Part shown: in pieces, positions 1 to 15,159 of the stretch
Numbering within the stretch: position 1 is the first letter of the stretch
How the letters are laid out: each line of letters begins with the position of its first letter
Source: Perna viridis
Lineage: Eukaryota
Reading direction: 5' to 3'
DNA: 64,000 nt
NCBI GenBank assembly: GCA_037379345.1
Contig: CM074511.1
Span: forward strand, 43,406,862-43,470,861
Made by a program: the position numbers and the translations under genes
Notes under the pieces: model-generated
Told to the model about the DNA's origin: nothing
The model's input: only the letters and a program-made list of their open reading frames with translations
The model's database searches: none

Positions 1-209
1 TGATATAATGTGACTTCCACACTTTATAACTTAAAACATTTCTGTTCTGTTAGCACATGTGTTCTTAATATATGTACTTAACAAATTGTTCAGTAGACTG
101 TTACTACCAGCATGACTTGCTCTTGTAATCAGGACTTGTACAGCTTGTACCACAATCAATGATTGGTTATTGGTAAATGAGAATTGGATACCATTGATAG
201 CCTCCATGT

Positions 210-3200
210 TCAATCAACAGATCCATTAGTGACAGGGGCTGAAAAAAAAGACAAGAGGGTTTTAAATACATGTACCTTCACAATGAATTTTCTGATAGCA
301 GTGGATAGGCAGTTTGTAACATCTAAATACTGAAAATGTATTAATTTTCACAGTTGCTAATTTTTTCACGAATTCTGTAAAGTGAACATATAAACAGATA
401 TCAATTTTCAGTTTAAAAAAATGATAAGTGTTTATCTGGTGTTTAAAATCAATTCGCAGGTACTTTTTTGGGGGTTTTATGTTCACCTCGAAGATCTTCC
501 ATGTTTACAATTTTTCATAATATCTCATAGGTACTTTAAAACTTATTTCATATAATACTTGACAGGTATAATGACAGGGAAATGACTATAACCTTTACAA
601 ATATTCACAATAATTTTACTAATACATACCTTAGGCTACAAGTGAACGTAACTTGCATAAATAAGTTCCTTGTATTAATACAAACTACTAATTGCACAAA
701 CTTACGTTTTGTACACAGCAGTGTGTTGCCATGACTACAAAAAAGATCCACTACTGTAAAAGGATCATCTCCAATGAACTCAATTTTACCAGGTTCTGTT
801 GTATTCTCCTCTGATCTTCCTAAACGACCTCTTGAACTTTTACCCCATGAATATACATCCTTTCCTATATTAAAGGAAATATTTGAAATTTGGGAAGTTT
901 AAGATTTGAATAGTTTCATATTAGTTCAAGATCATTTGAAGATGTATGCTGTACTGGCTGTTATATTTAGAATAGCATCATGATAAAACAATCAAACACT
1001 TTCCATATTTTGTCCTTTCTTTATATAAAAAAAAAAAACAGTTTGAAACAACTATATACTGTACCACAATACCACCTTAAAGTCATGTTGAATAAATCAA
1101 TCACAAAAGGAACATTTCTTAAATATCTGTCTACTGATTTATTACCTTCAACAACTGCTACTGTAAATATATCCCCACAAGCCACAGATGTGACATTCTC
1201 TAAGGCCTTTAGAAGTTGAGGTTGACGACTGTTCCCATGACTACTGTTACCAAGTTGACCAAACTGATTTGAACCAAACATATAACAAGTTCCTTCAGCT
1301 GGAAGTAGAATAAGAAACTGAGTTAATATAATAAACAAATATTTTTCACTAAAGAAAATTCCAATTTTTAGCTGTGCGAGATCTCATTATCTCACCAACA
1401 GGTTGAGACAGAACATGTGTGCATTGCCAAAAAAATTGGCACGATTAAAGAAGAGTTAATGAACGATCATATCATACCAATATCTAAAATATGTTTGAGA
1501 GAGTAATCAAGGGAACCAAGATGCAAGCGGAAATCAGAAGAATGTAATCCAAGACAAGTCATGGAAAACAAAGAGGACAAAGATTAAAAGCAACTAAAAT
1601 AATACATACAAAGTAACAAAATTACATGAAATTCTTTTAAAATAACATTTTATCGAGAACAACCAGTGATTGCTTAATTCTTGCAGTTTTTTTTTATACT
1701 GTTTTGAAGTGACCTAAATTTTACACCTAGTTGTGACTTATTAGCTGTAGAATGCAGGTCACTTAATTCAAAAATTTTATCAAAACTAACTCCATTTTGA
1801 GAAAAAGAATCAAACACCTCCTTTTCTCATGCAAGGTTGGGGAAAATGAAGTCCCAAAAATTAAAGTCACTGTTGATCATAAGTTATTCAAGTACTAAAT
1901 AATGGAAAAAGATGCAAGAAATTAGAAGTACATGTATAAAAATCTAAAAAAAACTCAATTACCAGTAACTGCAGCAGAGTGTGAAGTTCCCATGGCAACC
2001 TGTTGGATCCTTAGATTGATGAGAGGATGAGAAGCTACAGGGGAAAATGAATGAATCTCCTCCACAACTCTCATTGTAGTACCATCAGGGGAGATTACAT
2101 CTAATCCTAATTTATTAAATCTAAAATGGAACAAGAAAATGATGGTATAGAAACCAGATATATGAAATATATAAAGAGGAGGGGTTAAAGACTGAGTGTG
2201 GCAGAGGTGCAAAAGCTTTGAAATAGCAAATATACCCTGTAAAATATTTCTATTGTAATGTATTCATTCCCAAGTTTTATAGGGCCTAAAACATGTCAGT
2301 ATATTTTTTTACAAGCATACTCCTTTCATGGCACCAACTACTGATATATAAGCTTTTTAAATGATATTCAAAGTGCCAGTGAATCATACAGCAAGTTGAT
2401 CAAGCCATGTATTTTGCCTGGTTTTTGTTTTTATCATAGCAAATTAGCCTGTTACCTATTACTTCCACAACAAAGTAGTTTGTTATCATGAGTCAGGATC
2501 ATGGAGCAATCAATACCACAGCAGACTTTAGAAGGCTGAAAATGTTCTGGTATCGGAACAGGCATAGGGGAGGCATGTGATTCATGCATTCCCAATCCTA
2601 GTCTTCCATTATCTCCCCGGCCCCAGGAGAACACTTCATGTTCATTGGTCACTGCTATAACATGAGAGGCTCCACAGGATACCTGAGTTACTTCACATCC
2701 TAATAATGCTTCTACTATTTTAGCCTGAAAAACCATATTGGAATGGATAACCAGTAAAGGAAAATTAAATCTAAATATAGCTTTATATCTCTTATTAATG
2801 AAGTAAATACAAGTAAAAGAATGTTTTACCATCTTCTTTAAAGGAGACGTGGCACAAAAATTTCCTTTTTTCAATTTTTGGTTTATTTATTACACCTAAT
2901 ATATATCATAAATATGCCCCTTGTAGTCACGTTGTTAAATTGAAGATAAATTGATTTAAAATCAATGATGACCCTGGCCATACAAATTTTAATTAGACAT
3001 GTAGTCACATGTTACATCATTGGTTCTCAATTCATAGATCTAGTGGTAGAAATGTGTGGGGCTTCTACATTTTTTTAACAATTTCTACAACTGAGAGTGA
3101 AAATATTGAAAGTTTTGGTTTGCCAGTGAATATACACATACAGTTGTATCAATTTAAACCTCTTCGAGAGAAAAAATATAAACAATGTCAGAAATATTAA

Positions 3201-6200
3201 ACTATTACATGAATGAAGACTAGACTATCCACAGTAAGACGACACCACTTCTGAGCAAAGATTACATAGAAATGTTTCATTATGTTCAGCCATGTAAGAT
3301 TGAAGTTTTTACATAAAGTAAATCAAATTCATATTCTTAGATTTAAACTGTTCTGATCACAATCTTCAATGAAAATACTGACTTCACCCCTTTTTGATGG
3401 ACCGTTACTCCTGACAAGTCTACTAGTACCAGGGAGTGTAATATAAAGTCCCTGCAAGTACAGAGGATAATACGAATATGTTTATTTTTTATTGGTTTTT
3501 GATCCTTTCATTTGATAAACCATAAGGGTTTCATGCTGAAGCTTCCTCGTGTTCTAAATCTTTTTTGCTAAAATTAAATATTTTAACTGACTTATAAAAA
3601 AATATTGTCTGTACCAGAAAAGCTTCCTTAAACTCACCTTGCGTCACCCGTTATATACTGTGTATTGTGTCAATTTCTCCAAGTGAATTGTTTTATTTCA
3701 ATGTACATAAGACAAAAGAAATTCAATTATATCTCAATTATTATAGAAGTCATACACCTGTATCGACACCTGTCATGGGTCACCGAACCACATGAAGATA
3801 AAAGAAGCTGCCCATGCCTACTTAGTCTACCGGGCTTGTTTATCAATATAACCCAGTGGCAAAGAAAGAACGATACACAGAATGTCACTTTTTTTATTTG
3901 TACCCCCAAGTTAAAGTCTTAAAAATAGTGTGCAAAGTAGTTGTATATTTACCAAGTGGGGATGTATGCCTAACAAAAATGAAAAGCTGACAGAAAACAA
4001 GATCTTGTGTCTTCTTATTGTCTAAACACAATTACTGCACCCATACACAGATCAGAGGACCACTTTGCATCATATTTACAAGCTATTTTCGAAGATTTTA
4101 AAATTTTTTCTGGTACATATAAACGTTTATAAAATGTTTTTTTTGTGTCAGGTCTCCTTTACAGGTAAGGAAAGTCCAAAAATGCAGGATGGAAAATTAG
4201 TGAACCCTAGAGCTTGAGTTGCTTCCCTACAAATCTTGACAATTGCTTGGGTTGAACCCGCAATGTGTTATATGTAGTGATTAAAAGTTCAGTGCTATTA
4301 CCACTTGGCAACTACACTGTCTTATACAAATTTATCTGAAAGCAATTGTTTTACAAGAGTTCCATTACATCTTCTTAACTAATGAAAAAAAATTAATAGT
4401 TGAGACTGTTACAGGTTTCTGTCATTACACTTAACAATAGTAAAACAAACCTGAGCTACATCGTTATGATTGCCATGTCCCAGACAGCCATTAGCACCAC
4501 TTCCAAATGTCATCAGAATACCTCTGTCTAAAAAAGTTCAGTGAGGTGATACTTTAAAAGACCTGTTTCTCAAGTGTTTTCAAAATAATTTTTACTGTAA
4601 TCTGTATGTACCATCTTTGAAAATATGCTTTTTTTACCTTTCTGAATGTGCATCCAAAATCTAATGTATCATACAAAACGATTCAAACAACTGAACTACT
4701 ATGTTATGGCTTTATATCTTTATGACCCAATTTACACCATGATTGTGAACCAGTCTCTCAATTACTCTAACCTGTAAGACAAGCTGTATGGAAGTCTCCA
4801 CAAGCTACATGCTGTATATTGACAGCTGATTGTCCCTCCAGGTATCTTGGTATAAAGGTAGGAGCAGGTATATCTGTTGCACCTGGTATTAAAGTATCAG
4901 TTCCTGCCACAGATGAAGACTGTAAAAAAAAAACAAAAGGGAACTCCAATCAATAGACAGAAACAGTCCACCAAAGTTTCACTAAAATAGGCAGCATCAG
5001 TTTTGAGTTATTGTGGCAGTTTATGACAGACAGAACCTCTTAACTACTAAGACAGGTCTATTATTGTCTGTGCAAAAATCTGTGTGTGACATTTCTTTGA
5101 ATTTCTATAAGTATAAAGAAAAATACTAATATGGCGTGCTTCAATCTCTTTAGACCACAGCCATTATAAAAAGAAGTAAATGGCCAACATCAAAGACTGT
5201 CTATTCAAAAATATGAAGAATCTAGTATTATTAGAATCGAAATATATCACGAAAACTATTTACCAGTATGTCATTATTTAACCCTCGCTATTGCTCATAG
5301 TAAAACAATTCAACATAAATGGCCAGCCCGTGGTAAAACATTGATAAAATAGAGTTTCAAAGATTTATTTCTTAAATAATAACAAATAATATCTGCATAT
5401 GATATGCCCATCCTATCTTTTTAGATGCTAATACTAAAATTATTCTACAATGTAAAAGAAAACAACCAAAACAAAGAGAAAGCTTCCTTCCATGAAGACA
5501 AATATTGGGCTATTAAATCCCAAAAAGTGTCTTTTTTTTTAAGGTCAACAGTTGGTAGCAGTAAACTATAATTAGTTGGCATACAAAAATTGAGTGAGGT
5601 CTCTAATATTTAGTTCCAACAAATATATATTTTAATTAATAACTACCAATGATACAGGTAATTTCCTGGAGAAAAACCCACCAAACAATAAATACAATAA
5701 TTACAATTTCATATACAATCTTAATAATTTTCATCATGAAAGTGCAACTATGAAATCACAAGCTAAGACTGGTTATTTGGTCTTTAATGTTTCAGAATAA
5801 GAATAATAGGATAATTAATTGGACAGAGTGAAGAACCAAAATATTATCATGAGTGCCGAGGAACACCTTTATTACACGAGCGTGCAGAAACACACGAGTT
5901 AAATCTTCAAGCGTTCTTAGCACCAGTGATCATATTTTGGTTATTCATGATAACCAACTGATTATCCTATTTATTATATAGATTTTCTTCATAATTAATC
6001 AATATTTTTATTATGATTTTTAAATTGTGATTGGAGGATTGATATCAAATTTGTTATGTTTTGGTGGAAGAAAATCTGAGAGTGAAATTACAGAACTTAT
6101 TTCACAATGTGGAATATCAAAATTTATTACACTGGGAGCATTCAATAAAACACAGTTATCTATACAATAAATGGAAGTAAATTTGGAGGGTTAGTGACAT

Positions 6201-9200
6201 TAATGAATTACTTCCTGTCTGATATTTATATAGACTGCTACTTGAAGTAATTTCCCCAATTAAGAAAGCATAATCTGAGTTTTATCATAATACATGTATA
6301 AAACACATATATTTTAAAAAAGCATATTAACCTCCCAAACAATTAATCGTCCATTCTTTGTGACACCAGCTTTCTGTGTTCTACCTGTTGATACTTGTAT
6401 GAGTTGCGTGTCTGTGGAGGGCAGTCCCATCTTTACAGGTCTACCAATACCTCCTCCCCAGTAAAATGCTGAGCTGAGAGTGGCAGGTTTGGTGGGAATT
6501 GATTCTGCAAAAATGTTTCATATACTGAAAATTCAGAAATTATTATGTGAATTTACTATTGAGATTTTGAAATTTAAAACCAAAATGAAATTTCAATTTT
6601 TTTAGATTTCAAGACTAAGACTGATACATCATATTAAAATTTCAGAATATGAGTATCCATGATAAAAAAGTCACAAGAAATTTCAGAACTTACACGATAA
6701 ACCCATTACAGTAGGTTCTTCTTTGTAAACAAACTGTTTACCATTCTGCAATACACCCCATACACAACATTTTAATTCATACAGTAGGGGTTTTTGTCAA
6801 CTTTTAATACTTTGCAAGATTTTGTTCTTACTTCTCCACAAAATATTCTTTTACAAACAACACAGTTTCTACCACAATCCTACCTACACTTTGTGTATTT
6901 GAAGAACAAGTTTCTTCCCATTGTATCTGATCTTTTATAGTGAAGTATAGTATCTGAAAGATTTTTTGTCATCCCTTCATGAACAAAGTGGTTGATATGG
7001 AATTTTTTTTTTTAATTATGGAGAAAGTAATTGATATGTACATAGTTTTTTTTAGATCAAGAGATTTTTAATTCCTTGATACTAAACACTGTACATCATA
7101 TCACCACCTTATTTGTCAATGTAAATTGAAAATTCTTTTACTCATTCAGCTGACATTTTTTATCCTGGCACGGTTGTTGTCTCTTGATATATTCACCATT
7201 CTCGTTAGACTGAATGTTCAAAGCAATGAAATTGATTAGACTACAAAATTTGTTTAAAGTAATATTAATTTGACAATTGCTATTCATGATTTTTTAATGA
7301 GTTCAAGGTTTCTTACCTCTAGATGGATGACTACCTCTGGTTGACATTCTGTTAAATGTGGTTGATGATGGCAAGGGTCGATGGATTCTAAAACAGAGCA
7401 ATTAAATTCAAGCTTAAAATCATTAAAACACTTGGCACTAAAAAATCATCTCTGTTAACTACTAATATATTTCATTTATGATGTGTAAATATGCTTGCAT
7501 GTAATATCTGTACCTGTACACAATGGTGATGAGAATAAAGATAAATAAAGGTTTGTTGTCTTTAAATGATTAATTTGTACAAAAATATTGCATCACACAA
7601 CACTTAAATAAATATAGTTCCATTCATTTTCAAATGTCTTTTTTATGCCACATCAAGTTAATTTGTAGATTCTCATCCACGAGGTGGGAGGATTTTTTTT
7701 TATTTTTCCAAGATTTGTAAAATCTTAATAAATCAAAGCGGTGAACTTTAAATTTGTCTGTATTTGGTTTATTACTTGTGCCAATATTGAGGCTCACTGT
7801 CAATTTCATATTCAACATAATAGCTGAGACAGGAGATGACATCATGTGTTTGCAGGGAGGGGTCAACTTCTGTAAATTCATTCTTTATTTTGCCTACAAA
7901 AATAGTTATTCTTGAGTTGTTGTCGTCGTAGTCCATGGGGCCTTTCTTATCAACAATCAGGCTCAGAATTCCTGGAAATGTGTACTTTCGGCTATAGTAC
8001 ATGGGCTGAGATAAACCCCCTGTACCCCCACCCCATTCATCAACCAAAATATGATTTTCAGGTACCCTTGCATTTTACCTCAAAACCCAAATTATTACCC
8101 CAACTTTCTTGGTACCATTGTAAAGCTAAGACATTGGACTATATGATGATACCTAACTATGTTTAGTTTATTTTAACATGCTATTCCAGGAAGACTAAAA
8201 CGCTCAAACAATGGAGTCACAAAAATCTTGGCTTTTTGAACCAGTAAGTACAAATATAGGCTTATACTGAAAAAGATTCTGACAAATTGATTCAGTAATG
8301 GGAGGTTTAAAGATTCCTAAAAATCACCATGAAGTTGATGAGTGGGGGAGGGGTGCACAGTGGACCCATCCAGCCCATGGACTGTTATGTTTGTGCCATA
8401 CAAAGGCTTTACTGACAACAAAAATCATTATGAGATCTGCTAAAAAATATCAAGATATTCTGTAAACATACACCACGTTACTCGTTTTTTGAACGAAAGT
8501 CTACAGTATTGTGTATAAGTAGAGTTGTGACGGAAATGGACATAAAAGAAATCTGGAAATTTGAACCACTGTAAAAATATCAAAAATAAGAAAAAATTGG
8601 GGCTGAGGATGAGAATCTACAAATTAATTTGATGTGGCCTAATCTAAAATTAACTTTTCAGAAATACAGAAAATTGACTTGCTTTTTTAAGCTACACGTA
8701 CCTTGTAATGTTGATTTTGCCCATATCAGTATGTAGATACATCAAAGCATTAATCAATATAGGCTGTGCCATGATCTGGTTAATGGTGGGTCGTTTGTTT
8801 GGATCAAGATGCAGCATACTCAGTATCAAACTTTTCAACTCATCGCTGTAGTTAACTGATATAGGGGCAAATGTGCCTCTCATGATTTTCATCACTAAAG
8901 CTGGTAAATTCTACAATCAAGTGAAACAAAAGTTGCATACTCAAAGAACTCATTATCCCACAACTTCCATTTTTTACTAACATAACCTGCCAAAACATTT
9001 AATTACTAATTGAAAAAACCTAATCTATCAAAAATTATGGCTTTATCTAAGCATTTAAGAATATAAATAACTTCATAATAAATTCATAAGGTTAACTTCT
9101 TTTAAAGTGTATAATAATACATTTTGTACATACTGCTGCTTCAAAAGCTCTTTTAAGACTAGCCAATTCATACAACACACATCCTAATGCCCATATGTCA

Positions 9201-12200
9201 CTCTTCTGATTATATCTATTTGGTGTTAAGGGCTCTTTTTTTCAAGCATCATTTTAACTAATATATACTGTAACTTTGACCCTGTACTACATTTATAATG
9301 TATAAATTATTGATTTTTATATTAACCACAACTTCAGCATTAACATTCCAACACAATTACTAAAAATCAACAACCCAAAGAAAATAGCAAGCAAAGCAGT
9401 GACAGAAACAGCTAAGATGGACAAAATCGGCATTATAATACAGAAACATCCATGGTGGTAGTGGATTTGTCATGTTCTGATGATACATTTAGATGCAAAC
9501 TCATGAATTGCACTTGACTAGAAAGTAAAGGAGAAAAGAAAGTGGGGAAGAACAAAAGAAACTAGATTGTGTACCATTGAAAAAGAAAGGAAAGAACCAG
9601 GTTTTGAAACATAGACAGAGGCAACAAATACAGCCTAGGACTGATATAAATAGAATGGACTTGTTTATTGTTCTATTCTCCATTTGAGGAAAAGATCTAA
9701 GTCAATAGACAGTGCTACTAGTAATTATACTTCAAGGATACGGTTTTCCTTCACAAAGTTCTGGAGATATATAACATGGTGTTCCAACAACCTACAAAAA
9801 TACACAAAAATTAACAATAATAGTGATCATGTTTACTTCCCTGTACTTTGATATATACACACTTCATTACTTTTAAAGCAACAGCAGAAATTATTATGTG
9901 CAGAATCACTTTTTGCTTCATGCTTTAATTATTAAAAAGTCAAAATAAATATGCATGTCATTTGTACAAGAATCCAATAATAGCAGTGAGAAAACTATCA
10001 ATTTGTAACATATAGTTTGAATTATACTCTGAAAATTTTTTCTCAACAAACATTCTAATAAAACTTAAGACCACAGTTGACAAAAATATGGCAAATAATA
10101 TAGACAAGTGACTGTCTTACTTCCTACATCTTAAATAAGTTTTAAACAATTTTACCAATGTCACAGAAGAATATGGTCTACAATAGTTAACACTTCTTGC
10201 AATACCAATTCTACATATTATTATAAATATGAAAAGACTAGTCCTATTTTAAACCAAAATAATTCAAAAAGGCCTACTTTAACATTGTTTTACCACAGGC
10301 TGATTTTAATATCATTCATTTATTCTGTGCTAAAACTTAGGATTAAATAAGTCGACATAAATGGCCAGCTTATGGTGAAACAATAGTAAAATGAAGACTC
10401 CATGAATTATTTTTTTTCAATTAAACCTTCAATAAAGTACTTCCTTAAAGGAGATTACACAAATATGTTTACATAAGTTAAGTTTTAATTTTTTTATTTT
10501 ACTTACAGTATATGCTTTACTTTTGCTGCTGAGAACTTTTGAGATTCCAAAGTCTCCAATTTTAACAACTTCTTTTCTTTTGTCCAGCAAAATATTTTGT
10601 GTCTTTAAGTCTCTGTGAAGAATCTGTTTGGAGTGAACATGTTGGAGGGACAAAACCATCTGAGCAAAATACTTCAGAATTTCCTATGAACACCATATAA
10701 AACCTCAATATAAATAGAAGTAAACCCTAGATAATTCTTAATAATTTATACATCTTTCACATTTATTATATTGAACTACGAAAGGACTTACTAAAAATGA
10801 TGCACACTGCATGTAAGTCAACTATACAATTGATTCAAATTTATTACATTTCATTCATAGTTGTTTTACCTGTAATTTAAAATTAAGTGTAAGTGTTTGT
10901 AAGAAACAGGCAAAATAGGAAAAATCAGAAACATGCATGCCAAATCCCCACCGATCTGACAATGTAATATCACTCAAGGATACTTTCTCTATTTGAAAAG
11001 ACCATTATTTGATCTCTAAATCACTGGCTTTGCGCAGAAGTTTTTCAATAGAATCCTAGAAAAATTAGGTTTTTGACAGAGTTATCTGCCCTTCAAATGT
11101 TCATTTTCAGTGCATTTCAATGAAATTTTAACTCAATGGTCCAGCATAATATGGAAAATCTTGTCTGTTTTCCTTGATTCTGATGGTGCAGAAAGTCAAA
11201 TTACACTTTCAAATTGATCAGTTTTTTTTTAAATCATGTTTCACCAACTGCCTGATTCTTACAGAGACTGGCACTTAAGTCATGAAACTGTCTAGATTCA
11301 TTACACCAAAAAAGTTTGCTAAAACTAGGTTAAACTGTCTAGTTTGGGGTAGCTTTTTGTAGACTTATGATTTTGAAAAGTTACAGGGTGTGGAGTCAAA
11401 ACAATGATAAATCTTTATTTAAATGAGCCACCTCTTCTTCCAGAAGAATTCCATTTCTCTGTTGTAAGAAGTCCATTAATGTTCCACCTGGGAAAAGAAA
11501 CAGTTGTCCATCAAATATACAGATTTTATGGTGACAATATAATGTATACATAAAAAAATGTAAATAAATTCACTGAAACATGTAATTTTTTTGTATAATT
11601 AATTCATAAATAGTATCCTCATTTCATTTCTATAGTAGCAAGTAATGGTATATGCATGTTTGTAATTTATAGCGCAGTATGATAAACATAACATACATAT
11701 ATGTACTGTAATTCAATCATTGTACCTCCACAGGCCTATGATTGATAGATTGGGGTTTTACTACCTACATTACAGCAGTCAGCAGACATTTCATGCATTT
11801 CAGAATGAGAACGCTTGATCAATCCAACAGACCCTGCTTTGTACAACCCTGACACTCTGGGCCTATTTTTTTTTATGTGCATGCAAAAAGAAGCAAAAGT
11901 TCACAGGTAAGAATGTCATCCCATTAAACCCAAAACCTACCTGTTTTCACGCCATCTATGCAATGCTGTGTGCTTTGTGACCGTGTAAAAGCAGTGACAA
12001 CCAATTTTAAATTACTTGGTATTACTCAGTTAAGAATCAAACCCATGACCTACTGAACTGAAGGAGAACACACTACCATATGTCTACTGATGTTTTTAAA
12101 GGCTTACTGGTATGACCCACTACTAGCAAGCATCAAGTGACAGAATGCTATACTTGTAAACTCATAATGAAACAATTTTTTTATAAGACAATGTGTGGAT

Positions 12201-13201
12201 CAGTTTTTTGTACAGAATCTGATAATAATCTCTTCTCAGACTAATTCATTGTCAGTCTGTAAAGTTAGAAGAATAAAGAATGAATAGTAATGATTGTAAA
12301 ATATACCTTGAGCATATTCCATCACAATCATCAATGCTTTGTCTTCCAAAAAGTTCTCATAATACTGTATAATATTGGGATGTGATAACATGGACAGAAC
12401 TTTAACTTCATTCAATGCAGCTTGTCTCTCTTCCTTTGTCATCTGTTCTACAGGAATTTGTTTAATGATTATCAACTTCTTATCAGCAAGTTTTCTACAT
12501 AAATGTACTGTGCTGTAAATAACAAAATACAAATTTTAATAAGAACTTTATGTTCACCCTCCAGACTTGCCACATGGGCAAGAATTTTTTTTTAAATAAT
12601 CATTAATGTTTTGTGGCCTTTCACAGTTTTTCCTCAAATTTGCAACTAAGCCACTGTAAATCTTATTTCTTGCCCCTGATAAAAGTACAAGTAGCAGTCT
12701 TTATAAATGTCGGACAGGAGGTGAGTCATGCATGTCAAAAACCCACCGATCTTACTTTTATTTCTTGTTCAGAAATAGTTACTGATCACATAACCAGTCT
12801 TAGTTTTTCATTTGGTTGTTGTGCTTTTATACCAAGTGTGGTGTTTCTAGAAAAGCAGAGGATGCTTATTCTACCAGCACAACTGGTCCATGCTCCCAAT
12901 ACCATTTGCTTTTGTTACTTTGTATGCATTATTTTGGTTATTATATTTTCTTTGTTGTGTGTGTCTGATTTCCATGTCTGGCTTACATTCTTTAGATTTC
13001 CGCTAGAATTTTGGTTCCCTTGATTACTATTTTCTGTGCCATAAATTTGCCTGTATTAGTCCATTCGCCGATTGCACTGACGTTGTACGCTTATCTTTTA
13101 GATTGTACGGTCTTTAGATAAAATGCTTCCAACTCGTAATTTTACAATAGTTACCCATAAGCTCCTCGACCAACAACTCTTATTTTCTCATAGTTTTCCA
13201 T
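210..13201 (-). CDS. NEK8: Serine/threonine kinase NEK8 (NIMA kinase domain + RCC1 repeats), 16 coding exons, 687 aa
   Basis: Exons (minus): 13155-13201, 12307-12512, 11432-11487, 10507-10683, 9742-9791, 9134-9215, 8702-8910, 7317-7387, 6332-6504, 4772-4919, 4451-4527, 2456-2724, 1963-2120, 1146-1298, 706-864, 210-238 (TGA). All introns are GT-AG and phases are consistent; total 2064 nt. Translation gives [81 protein letters not shown], then RCC1 repeats ([27 protein letters not shown]). This matches NEK8. Confidence 0.96.
1500..1622 (-). mobile_element. Very short 3'-end copy of the Penelope-like element (further copies at 28994-29117 and 37042-37165)
   Basis: agagtaatcaagggaaccaag ... gaatgtaatcca ... 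catacaaagtaac. Confidence 0.75.
5805..5970. repeat. Fold-back (palindromic) element
   Basis: ataggataattaattgg..gaaccaaaatattatca versus tgatcatattttggtta..ccaactgattatcctat; arms of about 60 bp. Confidence 0.65.
7996..8382. mobile_element. MITE with about 50-bp imperfect TIRs in NEK8 intron 7
   Basis: agtacatgggctgag...cattcatcaac versus gttgatgagt...cagcccatggact. Related right ends occur at about 25588-25636 and 35374-35422. Confidence 0.65.
9216..9741 (-). other. U12-type (minor spliceosome) GT-AG intron, NEK8 intron 5
   Basis: Donor GTATCCTTG; branch site CCCTTAAC (9225-9232) about 10 nt before the terminal AG; no polypyrimidine tract. Splicing restores GK-P-YNQKSD in frame. Confidence 0.9.
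12838..13030 (+). mobile_element. Short 3'-end copy of the Penelope-like element in NEK8 intron 1
   Basis: gtgtttctagaaaagcagaggatgctt ... ttggttcccttgattact. Confidence 0.8.
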
Positions 13202-15159
13202 GTTAAATGTTTTTCAGGGGTAATGTTGATGTTTCAGGGGTATTATAGTATAGGGGAGAGAAACCCATTACAAAAGGTGTGGAAGATTTTTTGGGTATTT
13301 AGTCATATCATATCTTGAACGGACCTTTTTACTTTCCTTTGAGTCGAGTACTTTATCATTTATATAATTTTTTTTTAATAATTTGATCATGTCACTTTTA
13401 CTCTATTTTTTCCCAATAAAACATGGACTTGATATTTCTAATAGTAAGTATTATATAGTCTCTGAGTAAAGCTATATCCAACCTCTGAATTAAACTGAGT
13501 TCCACTTGATAAAGGTATTTCTGCTTTATCATAGACGTTAAACGGAACCAAGTATGGGTTTAAAAATCAATGACATCTTTATTGAAAAGTTGTGTAGGAT
13601 ATGATAACATTTTTAGGTGTACACTCTGGAAGACCAATAGACTACTAGATTTTTCACTTTTTGTTTTTGTTTTGTGTTTTGGAACTCAGGAGTAAAATAT
13701 ACTTTACGAGGCATTGCATAACATGTACGTGTTATAGTCTCATGAAATTGTGTGTATCGATTTCGATTGATGTCAATGGTTTTCCTAAAAGTACTTCAAG
13801 ATCTGAAGATTTTTAAAATAAAACATAAAGTAAGCCTTATTATTTTCTTTTCAAAATAAACTCTTGTAGTTAAAAAAAAGACTGATTTTTCATAGGTTTG
13901 CTTTAAAATAAGTCTCATGATTACACCCAGATTCACTTCACAGGGTCTGTCAATTAAAACGTGTCATGTCTGTAGTAATTGACCGGGCTAAAAATCATTC
14001 ATAAATATATATTTAACTCATATATTTATTCAGATCTAAAACTTTATCGTAAATATGTCCACAGTAAGGCAAGTTAACTCCAAAGTCTATCTTCCTCCAC
14101 ATAAGACCTAAAACAAAGAATATTAGTTTAATCAATAAAGAGTAGGAAAGTCTTTATAACATAGGAAAAAATTCAATGACCAGATAAGTCAGAAGTTTCG
14201 TGCCGCATCACAATCAGTCCAAAAAAGATGATCAATTATACTTCAACTCAACAATGCGTATTCATCTTATTCAACCAATTGGATTTATTAACAATACCTT
14301 TAAATTCAATGTGAACATATCAAATGGTATTATGCTATAATTTGATTTGCAAAATTATCAGTAGTACTATATGATTTGGCACTTAAAACATTTTGTTGAA
14401 TAGCAAAAATATATAATATCCATACAAATATGAATAATATAACTATAACGTCATAATTTTCACATTAATTGTTCAAAGTAATTCACTAACAACCACTAAG
14501 ACAGACAACTCTGTCTAAGCTGAAAGTAACAATCACCACATAAACAATGGGGGTGTTTGTAAACACACAAAAATATATTGATATTTACTGATGGTTTTAA
14601 AACGACCAAATTTAATAGTAACACATTTCTACACAGTTAAGAAGTCACAGATATTGACACGAAAGTAATATTATACGAAGATATTCAATGATATTCCTAA
14701 ATTTCTTTTCTGACAAAATTTGTCGCTGGAACTCTCCGTTACTCCCCATTATAAGCAAAATTTCAATTTTTGATTTCGGTAATTAATATACGTCATTGTA
14801 CAGCTATTAAAAATAAATAATTAAAATTTATAGGCACATACAAATTTTTGCTCTCGAAATGAGTCTGATATATGCATGGAGTTAAGAGAAATCACACTTT
14901 TATCTCGCTATTCTTTACCTGAATTAGTCGAATCACCATCTTGGTATACTTAGTTGCACAAATCTGTATGTTTTGTTGATAGTCAATGTCAAAGCATAAC
15001 ATAGGAATATGTAGCGATTAACCTTTTAAAAAGCGCTTATGTGATAATTAAACACTAAAAAAAATGTAATTACAATATAAAAACAAAGTACTGTAATAGA
15101 TACGAAAAATATTTACCGGGTTTAGATAAGGGGCGCCGAATGGGACTTTTGTGGTTTTG

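Noticed and set aside
7772-8047. Intronic ORF with [30 protein letters not shown]
   Set aside because: Partly MITE-derived, not needed for NEK8 phase continuity, and no family recognised.
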